A DNA stretch of 44,718 nucleotides from Bugula neritina (taxonomy: Eukaryota > Animalia > Bryozoa), in NCBI GenBank assembly GCA_964035545.1, contig CAXIUT010000279.1, forward strand, positions 1-44,718, in the 5' to 3' direction. Below, piece by piece: positions 25,651-35,900 of the stretch. The number at the start of each line of letters is the position of its first letter. The stretch's first letter is position 1. A program made the position numbers and the translations under genes. The notes beneath the pieces were generated by a model. It saw nothing but the letters and a program-made list of their open reading frames with translations. It searched no databases and was not told the DNA's origin.

Positions 25651-25777
25651 TATATATTATTATCTATATATCTTCCTAATGAATAGAGCTTATACTACAT
25701 AAATGATATCATTTAATTTAATTAAGAATTACTATTTAAATGATAGATGATAACTTGATATTGATTTTAGTCAATTG

Positions 25778-26413
25778 ATGATAAAATAAATATAACCATT
25801 GATGAAACCAACTTTGACTTTGAATGAGGAAGTTAAAATGAAACCAGTAAAGTAACCTGTATTCTTTACATCTTGTTGTCCTTTTACTCATCAACAACCC
25901 TCCTTTAAAAAGAATAAAAAGTTTATCACACTAACCAAAAACATTCCAGCTAGTCATCCTAATCCTTAAAAAAAATAATACTTTCGTCAGTAGTATATCT
26001 CAACACCTCCTCCTCAAATCAAACAACACAGAATAGAAATCTACCGACAGTAGCCTCCAGCTTAAAACTAGTTCTAAGATGATAAGCTATCATTTCTTGA
26101 GCATATTCGTAACTATAGACCTTCGTTATAGCAGTAGAAGGAGTAGAATACGACTGATAAGCATCTAACTATGAATTCTACGATGGTAGCTAGTAATTCA
26201 AAATCAAACTAGAATAACCTTAATTCTGTCCTTGATAACCTCAATAACTAGATGTTCAGTGACATGTTCGTTTCCTCTCTAATCAAGTAAAAAATAGTCC
26301 TGAGCGGATCTCTCAACAGTATTTCTGAAGTGCGTTCCGATTTGGAAGTATCGTGTCGCTAACCCACTTATATGAATACTTATCGCCACAGTTAGCCATA
26401 AGAGGAAAGATGA
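25778..26413 (+). CDS. Hypothetical protein (~211 aa)
   Basis: Uninterrupted frame ATG25778 to TGA26411 with TAR=Glu; no domain recognised. Confidence 0.6.
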
Positions 26414-26501
26414 TTGATAGTTTTATTCTGTGCTAAAACACTAAATATCAAAAGATAGGTTATTTAGGTTTAGTTGTGAGAATTTTGGGTGAGAATCAGT
26501 T

Positions 26502-26816
26502 TCATGCTCCATAACCATAGATGACCCGCCCGTTTTTCTTAAGAGCGTAGACTACGTCCATGGCTGAGATGGTCAATCTTTTGGCATGTTCTGTGAAGGT
26601 GAGAGTGTCTCTGACTACTTTTTCTAGGAATTGGTCGATGTAGTCTCTGATGTGGGAGTTTGATCCCATAGCTATCCTTTTTACTCCTCCTCTTCGAGCT
26701 AGTCTTCTGATGGTACCGTTGGAGATGTTTGCATCTTTGATTTCTGGTCGTGAAGCTGTGTGTTTGGCTTTTCCCTTGGCTGTCTTCTTGTGGTTTTTTC
26801 CTCTGCCTGCCGCCAT
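26502..26816 (-). CDS. Histone H4, highly divergent
   Basis: IRRLARRGGVKRI, FLEKVVRD..TFTEHAKR.T.SAMDVVYALK..GR.IYGYG. Confidence 0.97.
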   Translation of the reverse strand: MAAGRGKNHKKTAKGKAKHTASRPEIKDANISNGTIRRLARRGGVKRIAMGSNSHIRDYIDQFLEKVVRDTLTFTEHAKRLTISAMDVVYALKKNGRVIYGYGA

Positions 26817-27146
26817 AATAAAATATTATTGATTAACAAGGTAGTAAAAACAGTCTAAAAGAGTTAATTTTTAATCAGTTAAACTATATTATTGCACCGA
26901 TGATTTTTATGATCACATCTAGGAATAGTGATTGAATGAGTCAATAATACATCAATTTATCTGTATATTTAGCTCTACTATGATCGAATAGAATTTGAAG
27001 TGAATATTTTGAATATTCAACCAATACTTTTAATTATTTAAGATTATTTTTGATAAATCTGTTGTGAATAATGATATTTCAGTAGTATTTGTCTTAGGTT
27101 TAATAATTCTATTGGTTTTTGATGTTTAGAAATAGAATTTAAACAT

Positions 27147-28641
27147 ATGAGTGTACTAAAACTCAAATTAGATAAAGTACTTCTCGAATAATAAAGGCCT
27201 CAGAATTATTCCAGACACATTCCTTTAAAGAAGCTCTCGAATCTTATGAAGACTGTCTATCCTTTTGTTACAAAACCAGATAGGCATAATCTTTGATCCA
27301 TAACATCATGACTACCAAGGCAGCTCTTTTATCGATTCTTGGGCAGCAAGATAAAGCAATGAACGTACTAAATGAGGTATTACGAGCGAATGGTAATCAC
27401 TATTTGGCTTTAGTGCGTAGGAGTCAAGTATATAAGAAGGTATTTGATGTTGTAGATAGAAAAATAAGTTTATCAGAGCTTTGAAGGATTTGTAGATGAT
27501 AAGTACATTTTGTCCTGATAATTTACAGGTCACTGCTATGAAAATTTAAATTTAGACTTTGAAAAACAAAAATAAAAATTGTAATTCTTCTGAAGAATCT
27601 TAAAGTTAAGATGAGTATGATGAAGAAGCTCTTCTTAATTTTAGTAATTTGAAAAAAATAGATAGAAAAAGTTGTTCTATCATGGTTGATCCTATCAGTA
27701 GCAGAAAAAGTAGAGTAACCATCAGTGGAGATACAGCTTTCTAGTATGAACGAGAAGAAGAATGTTGTGATAATAGTAATAGATCTACATCTGTTGGAAA
27801 AGAACAAAATAAATAAAAGTATTTGAGAACTTTTAAATAAATATAAACTGATAACGAAATTGCTGCTCCTGCTACCAATATTGTTGCCAAGGGAGCATCT
27901 AGATCCAAAAGTATCCTTAAAAACAAGATGTCGATCATGGTATCTGCTCCAGCTAAATAAACTAAATAAAATAAATAAACTAAATAAACTAAGTAAGAAG
28001 TGAAGTAAAGTTATGGAGGTAGAGATAGTCTTTTGATTAATAAAATTAAAAATATCGATGGAAAAGTAATAACATCTTCTCATTCAATATGTAGTTAAAG
28101 AAGCATAAAAGAAGTATAGTTCCGTAAGAGTTTATTTGCTTCTCAGTAAAAATCATTTTTCGCAGTGATTGAAAAAAAGTAAGAGAAGAAGAAAGGAGGA
28201 AGAAAAAGTTGTCTTAAAAGACCTTCTTTCGAAGTAGCTGAAAAAGATACTAAACCTCAAGCTCGTAGATCTAAATTTGAAATGATGTCTCGTAATAGTA
28301 TTGATGGTGTTGTCCTTAAAAAACCAAAGAATTCGATTGATGGAATGAGAGAAGAAAAGAGGATGGATGATTCTGACTAAGGTAGCTCTCATAACATATT
28401 TGGCAGCAATGATAACGTTGAAATAAGTCGATAAATGAAGGAGAAGTTGGGCTTGAAAGAAGACAAAAAGGAGGCAAAAGGCAAGCAGAGATCAAATGGA
28501 GGAAAATCTATTCTTAAGAAGAATTCAGTATTGATTGCAGATAAATCAGATAAGAAGGAGAAAGAGATTGAGTAGGGAAGTAATGAGAAGAAGCCTAAGA
28601 AGAGTGTTATGTTTACCAAAAGCAGGTTTGCTTAAGAATGA
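27147..28641 (+). CDS. TPR-domain protein with long disordered tail carrying SILK and RVxF-like motifs; 20-nt introns 27177-27196 and 27440-27459
   Basis: ASELF..SFKEALESYEDCL, ALVRRSQVY..FIRALKDLE are TPR-like; tail has KSILK twice and KSVMF. Confidence 0.75.
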
Positions 28642-28860
28642 TTGATTCAAACTCTAACATTTTATTTAATACAATAAATAGTCAATAATTCAAATATAAA
28701 AGATATTTAGGATAAATAAGCGATTAAAGGCTGAATTTAAATTTTGGAGGTTAGAATTAGGTTGTGAGAGTGATGGTGGGATGACGGGGAAAAGGAGTGG
28801 TCGATAGATATTGGTGGGGTTTAACGAACATCAATTTGATTTGTATAATAGCAATTTGAC

Positions 28861-29874
28861 ATGAATAAACAATTGAGAGCTAAACCTCACACGCGTTCTC
28901 TTCTAATTGATCAAAAGAATCGTAAAGTGTCTTTTCTTTCACCCATGAAAGCAGTCGTTGCCTCTAAACTGAGTCTTCCTGTAGCTCAAAATTATATCCC
29001 GCCTCCTCCCAAACCATGTCTTCTTCCGAAATAACCACAATAAATACAATAATCACCAACCGATAAAACTTTTCTCCATCCTACTTTGTCTACTCGATAG
29101 CCGTTTAGTAAGAGCGAAGAGTAGACAAAATCTGAAGATGAATATGAGTATCATCGCAGTAAGAGTAAGAATGAAAGAGGATGGAAAGGAGCGATAAGTG
29201 ACTATCAACACGATATATAGCAATATATAGTGAAAATATAGGTATAATGCAAGATCGATAGCAACTATGTGAGTCGTAGTAACTTATTAAATAATAAGAC
29301 GAGGATATACCTTGTTAGACACATGTTCAAGTTGTATAATAAATTCGATTTGCAAAGAACGACTCTTCATTTGGCTGTTTGTTATTTGGATTTGTATTGC
29401 TCAAGGCTCATGTATTTTTAAGACAAGTTGGAGGCCATTTCCACTGCTCAGGCTTGTTTGTTCATAGCTATGAAATACGAGGAAATATATCCTCCTGAGT
29501 TGAGGGATTGGGTCGATCGTAAAAATAGAAACGATGTCTTAAAAATATAAGCTAAAATACTAAGTACTTTAAATTACCAGTTGGCTCATTATACCCTTGA
29601 GCATCATTTGAGTATGCGGTTGTGGTAACAGGGAGATAGTGGAGACGATGATAACAAGTTCAATCTGTTGGCTGATTTATCTCTTTTTGATATAAGTATT
29701 AGGCAACTACCATCTTCGCAGGTCTGTTTGGCTATATTGGCGTTGGTGAGGAAAGAGGATGCTCCTGATGAGAAGGTGGCTTTGGCTGTTAAGTGGATGG
29801 TTGAGAGGAATTTTTAGAGTTTGGTATGGCTAAAGCAGCAAAAATACGGGGATTTGGATAGGAGTTTCTTTTGA
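28861..29874 (+). CDS. Cyclin (A/B-like cyclin box), 337 aa
   Basis: TRIYLVRHM, TLHLAVCYLDLY, ACLFIAMKYEEIYPP, VLKIEAKILSTLNYQL; intact frame. Confidence 0.93.
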
Positions 29875-29925
29875 TATTTATACTAACTATTTTTACAGTG
29901 TATAAAATTAGTAAAATATAACTAA

Positions 29926-30387
29926 ATGCTGAAGGACAAGGAACCTGGAACTCATAAATATTCTATCAAAACAGGTCAACGTCAAGCTTTTATGGAAATC
30001 TTTAACTTGCATGCATAGAATGGTAAAGTCGATAGGAAGGCTTTGAAGGCGATCTTTCAAAGAGTAGGATATTTGATATCTGGCTAGCATTTTGAAGATA
30101 TATGTTCTAGAGCTTTTGAATTTAAAGATTTGGTGTCTTTTGAGTAGTTTATGGATTTGTTTAAAGTAAGAGAATCTCCTCATAACTTGACGGATATAAA
30201 AAATGCATTTAAATTGATAGCGGGTGAAGAGGATTAGTTTATACCTTTAGATCTACTTTACTAGATCTTCAGAAAAGCAGGAATATAAAAATAAAGAGTT
30301 GATGACCTCTTAGTTGTACTATCTGACTTTATTGATTAAAAAACAAAAACTTTTAACTATAGAGACTTTTTGTCTCAACTTGTCTGA
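29926..30387 (+). CDS. Calmodulin/myosin-light-chain-like degenerate EF-hand protein, 153 aa
   Basis: AFMEIFNL..GKVD, VSFEEFM, IKNAFKLI, FNYRDFL; intact frame. Confidence 0.8.
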
Positions 30388-30476
30388 TTCATTCACTCTA
30401 TCATTCTCTATTTGACATATTTAACACATTATTCAACATATTTAACACTATTTAAATATTTAACACAGATATCAGA

Positions 30477-31185
30477 TCAAGTTACAATAGTTTTTGACTG
30501 GCTTCTCTTCATAGTATTCAATTTAGTCTCCTAGTTTTTATTTTATCTTTATTCTGTGTTTGACTTAGAAGTGCCTATCTACTATCCATCTAGATATTTG
30601 ATTAACTGTTAATCTGAGATTACTGGACTATTCGATGATTCTTTTTTCATGGGTTATTTTAAGAGCTAGAACAGCTGGAAAACCTGAAATGGCTATTTCA
30701 TGTGCTGTTGCCATAACTTGTGCTTAGACAATGGTTTATGGTCTAACTGTACTGCCTTATTTCAATCCTTCCAATTGCCTTGATATATTTTGTTGATGTA
30801 GATAAGATTTAGCAGATGTGAGGTCGATTCCTTCTGAAGAGGCTATTATGCAAATATTAACAGGTCCTCTGCATGCCTGAGAGACGAATGGGTCAAATAC
30901 TTTGTTATCATGGACAAAGAAGTGAATATGCAGCCAGAAGGAGTAAGTGAGGATGACTTTAGTGAATTTGTAGGGAGTTGTTTGAGTGATAGTGGATTTG
31001 GTTGATTATGGAATGACAGGCTAGCCGACTAGTTTGCCTAAAAGATCAAGATATTTTTGATGTAGATGTTTTTTATGAGGTTATTATGCGATTAGTTATT
31101 TTTAGAGCATGAGGGAGACTAGTTATTGTTTACGGTCTCCAATCACTACTACATCTATTTGTTATGTGATTATTTGATCTTACAT
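30477..31185 (-). CDS. Hypothetical protein (~225-235 aa; 3' end approximate)
   Basis: ATG31185 MEDQIITEQIDVVIG... long open frame under TAR=Glu. Confidence 0.65.
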
Positions 31186-31206
31186 ACAAATATTATTACT
31201 AGTCCA

Positions 31207-32399
31207 ATGGAACTTTCGAACCCTCCTCCAATCAGCAAGTACTATACCTACCAGCAAAATTAAGAATGGAATGGTTTGCCTCAGTCTAGATCCCTCATAG
31301 CTACAGATCAGAGAATAGCACCAACCTATTTCTAGTCTTTTCAGTAAATAAAGAGTGGAATGCTGCCCAAGAAAACAATGAATACTAGTTGGAAGAAAAG
31401 GTTTTTCGTGTTGACTCCTGTTCGTTTGATATATTTTTCTGACTAAAATCGATAGGAGTTCAAAGGCTGTTTCAATTTAGCAAGTCTAGGAGGCTATAAA
31501 TTATCTGTAAACTCGAAATTTCCATAAATCACGTAGCTATTTAATAACTAAGGTTATCGTTGTCTATAAAGGAAAAATAGTCAATCAGAAATAAAACTTT
31601 ATTGATTCTTGAAGCTGACAATAAATTTATTTTTGAAGAATGGACTAATTCTCTTAAATCAGTGATAAGTGATCTTCAAAAGCATGGCTAGGCACTAAGT
31701 ATTTATCCCTATCTGAATCCATCAACAATAACGAATAATACTCAGAAGATAGGTAGTTCTAGTGTTAACTTTTGGAATAGGTTGACGATATCGACATCAT
31801 AGTTGATATCGTATGCATCTCATTTGGATGTTATTCTTTTGAGGAGTAATTCTTCTTTGAGTTGTGTTAATAGATTTTTTATGAGGAGTTATTATGATCA
31901 TATTGGAGTGGTTCTTAAAGATTAGTCTGAGAAGCCGTTTTTGTTAGAAGTGGTGCATGATAAAGGAGTTATTTTATCATCTCTTGAGAAATTGATGATG
32001 TCAGTTGGAGAACAGTTTTAGTAAGTTGGCTATCGTAAACTTATTGCTAAAACTGATATTCTTTAACTCTAAAAATTGGAAATCTATATCAATAATCTCA
32101 TAGGTAAAAAGTACTAGCTATCTTTATCTAAGTTATTAATAGATAACTAGGAATAAAGTGAGAATAGTAATTTATCTGATCTATCAGAATAGGTATAAAG
32201 GCCATAAAAGACATATTTTTGTTCATAGTTGGTGGCTGATATATATTTGAAATTTGGAGTTCTTTCTGGAGGAATAAGCAACAAATACTGGCCTAAAGAT
32301 TTTGAGGGACAACTTCCTCTGATCGACAACTTCAGTTTAACACCAATTATGACAGTCTAGTTGCCGAATAACGACAATAATGAGTGTGTTCAGTAGTGA
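31207..32399 (+). CDS. PH domain + permuted papain-like NlpC/P60 (YaeF/YiiX-like) amidase
   Basis: KSGML.K..SWKKRFFVLT..LIYF..KGCF..EEWTNSL (PH); DVILL..YDHIGVV..LLE..YRKL..GKKY..YFCSELVA..YWPKDF. Confidence 0.85.
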
Positions 32400-32428
32400 T
32401 GGTTTTTAATGATAATATATATTAATGA

Positions 32429-32797
32429 TCAGAAAAGAGAAGCACTCCTTCTTTTACATTAAGGCAATCTTGAAACAACAGTCAGAAAAGTATTTCTGCG
32501 ACGAGTCGATGGAGTACTATTGGTGCTGATGACTGATCTTTTCTATTTGACGCTTTATTATTTATTTGAACTTTGGAAGGTCGATTGATTGAAAGGTTTT
32601 TCTGGGTTGTAGGGGTGGTATTTATTTGATGCTGTTTTTGATTCGAAGGGTTTGAAGAGATATTCTTGATCAATGTTGGAGATTTGTTGGCTGAGTTGGT
32701 GTTTGACTTGTGTGATTTGTTGGTGGTGGTTGATGGGGTAGGTAGTTTGCGGGTAATCCATGATTCTTCGGTTGAATCTGATGGTTTGAGTGGTCAT
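32429..32797 (-). CDS. Hypothetical small protein (~122 aa)
   Basis: MTTQTIRFNRRIMDYP... open to TGA32429; an upstream ATG at 32851 is possible. Confidence 0.55.
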
Positions 32798-32935
32798 ATT
32801 GGAAAGGTAATTATTTTTATTATAGTAACTCACTTTTAAATAAAAGGTCATTTATTTTAATACCTGATAACGCTATTTAAATATATAAATAAATAAATGA
32901 TATTTATTGATAAGATAAATGTTTGATCATATGCA

Positions 32936-35900
32936 TCATTCTGAAATAGATTGTTCTTTAACTTTCTATACTTCTCTTTCACTCTTTTATTTCTACACCT
33001 AAACTTATGCTTCTTTTTCTTTCTACATAGTCTTCTAGGTAACTTTTTCCATCTAATAAAATTTCTATTGTTTGGCTGCTGGAGCAGGAGCTTTGTAGCT
33101 TGATGGCTCTTTATTTGTCTTCACATTCATTTGCACTCTTTTCTACATATCGTTCAAGTTCTGTTTTCTTCTGCGAATGCAGCATACTATGACAATTATA
33201 CCAATGATAACTAAATAAAATGAAAAGTACGAACTACTACGATGGGAATAACAATAGCTACAATAAGAGTTGTATTGCTATCGTCATCACTACTGCTACT
33301 ATTATCTCCGCTTGAACCGTCAGGATTGGTTACTGAATTAGATGATACTGTGATGCCGGCAATACTAAGATCTTTGAAGTAGTTTTGGGTGTTTGTTTGA
33401 ATGGTATTTGTATTGGCTCCTGAAGGAACAACTACTCCTGATGTTAGAATAACTGAGTTATAGACAATGGATGATACTATAATATTGATTCTTGGGACAC
33501 CAACTGCTGTGGCTAGACCACTAATGATACCTTCATACTAATTGTTGAAAAGAGTGTAGTCGTTATTAGTAATAGTAAATGTTATAGTGGCAGTGACAGA
33601 GACAGTATTGACGCAATTGCTACCAGTCAAGTTGAATCCACTTACACAGCTAAGACAAGTAGTTGGAGTGTCAACACAAGTTGCACAAGGTGAAGTACAG
33701 GCTATGCAGGTAACTGCTTGATTGCTGACTTAGGTATCTTGGTTGGTGCTACCTAATGCACTGGTTGAATGAGTGGCTGTTTGTTCTTCAACAAATCCTG
33801 AGGCGCATCTGAAACAAATAGTGGTGCTTGAACATTATAGGCAGCTTGAAGGGCATGAGGTGCAGGTTGATCCATTGAGGAAGCTTCCAGAGTAGCAGCT
33901 GAGACATTGGTTTCCGTTATTTGGGTTGCATCTAGCACAGTTGGAATTACATTAAGAGCAGCTAGCAAAGTTTTGATTGAGTCTCATGGAATATCCAAAA
34001 GGACAGTTTTGGCAGTTGCCAACTGATGAGCAATTGAGTTCAGGTTAGCAGTTGGTCAAAACACCAGTATTGTAAGTATATCCAATGATACAGCTGGTAC
34101 ATTCTGAAGGATTATTTTCCATGCAGGTGGCACAAGGAGAAACACATTCCAGCATGCAAGTGAGGTTAGAACTGATGATATATCCATCTCTGCAGGCAAG
34201 GCAGGCGATATCAGTGCAACTAACACAGTTAGCTTGAGTGCATTGGACGCAAGTTTGTTCAGTTTGATCATAGTAGTATCCAGGAAGACAGTTGATGCAG
34301 GCTCCAAAGTCAGTGTTGCTGCATTGAGAGCATCCTCGAGGACAGGTAATGCAAGCTCCATTAAACATCATGCTTCCTGGAGCACAAATGGCGCAATAGT
34401 AGCTACTATTGGCTGATTGGATGCAAGATGAGCAGAGTTGTCCGCAACTTTAAACTGTAGAAACATCATTGCAGTTGCCATTATTGAGTTGGACTTTATT
34501 TGCTGAGCAGGCAGTGCATGTGTTGGGTGTAGATTGTTGACAAGTCCAGCATTAAGAGCTGCATTCTACACAGGTATCATCAGAGAGGAAAGCTCCTGAG
34601 AAGCAAGAAGTACAGCTTGTGAGATTGGTTGCTTGGCAAGTTTTGCAGTTGGATAGACAAGGAATACAGTGAGCCAAGATGTTGCTTGTGGCTGAGACCA
34701 GACTATAGCCAGGAAGGCAAACAGAGCAAGATCCAGTGTTTGATGGTGAACATACTAAGCATCCTTGATCACATACACCCAATCTAGTAGCATTACCATC
34801 GTTAATGAGTTGTTGTCCGACTTCACTTTTGATTCCAGTGCAGTTAGTGCTTGAAGTGCAGTTGGTGCACCATGAAGGGCAAACTGTACAGACACTATCA
34901 ACTGAGAGATAGAATCCATAGACACAAGAAGAGCAGATAGAGGAGTTGGTTGGGAAACAGGTCAAACATTGAGGAGCACCAAGACAAATCTAACATTCAT
35001 TGGTAGTGATGTTGACGTAGTAGCTTGACTTGCAAACACTGCAGGCTGCTGGGTCATCGTTAGAACAGCTTTGACAATTAACTGAAGAGCAAGATGAGAC
35101 ACAAGTACCGTTAGTAAGGGTAAATCCTGCCATGCAGGAGGTGCAGACTTGAGTTGTTGGGTAGTTGCAAGCCAAACAGAAAGGATCTTGGCAGGAATAA
35201 CAGTTTCCTGAGACGGCTACTAGATTGAAGGGAGCAACGCAAGTTAAGCAATCTCCATTAACGTTGCATGAAAGGCATGGAGAGTGGCAGTTGACACATT
35301 GTCCTGCACTGTTGACTGAATATCCACTGACACAGGTGCTGCAATTATTAGATGATCCACAGACGAGACAGTTAGTTACACTGCATTCTAGACAGGTTCC
35401 ATTTGATTGGAGGATATATCCTGTACTGCACATGCCACAGAAGTTATTTTGTGAGCAGGACATGCAGTTGGTGAGTAGGGTAAGGTTACAAGTGATGCAG
35501 GAGCCTCCATTGGTGGCAGGAGAAAGTCCATTGTTGCAACTGTTGCAGTAGTTGAAAGATGTGCAGAAGGAACAATATCCAATTGAACAGAATTCATGGC
35601 ATCCAGTGTTATTGAGAACAACCCATCCTTCTTTGCATTGAGAACAGACTAAGGTCTAGTTATTGCAGATGATGCAGTCAGTAATACCACAATTGGCAAG
35701 ACAGATACCTGAGTCGCTAGTATTGAGATAGAGATTGAAGGTGAAGTTGACTCCTTATGCACAACCACAGGTGGTATTGCTTTCTTGTGCAACTGATCCA
35801 GCTGGGCAAGAGCAAGCTCCATTGCTGAGAATAAAGGTTGTATTGCAACTGCTACAGGTGTTTTATCCTGAACATTCGAGACAGTTGGCGACATTGCAAG

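Noticed and set aside
25234-27997. Short tandem repeats at 25234-25290 and 27954-27997 as repeat elements or CRISPR-like arrays
   Set aside because: They lie within coding frames and encode low-complexity K/E/T peptides under TAR=Glu; there is no repeat-spacer structure.
28745-28825. Telomerase RNA or other recognisable RNA gene
   Set aside because: No internal CAACCCCAA template with upstream CTGTCA; no tRNA, rRNA or snRNA signature recognised anywhere in the window.
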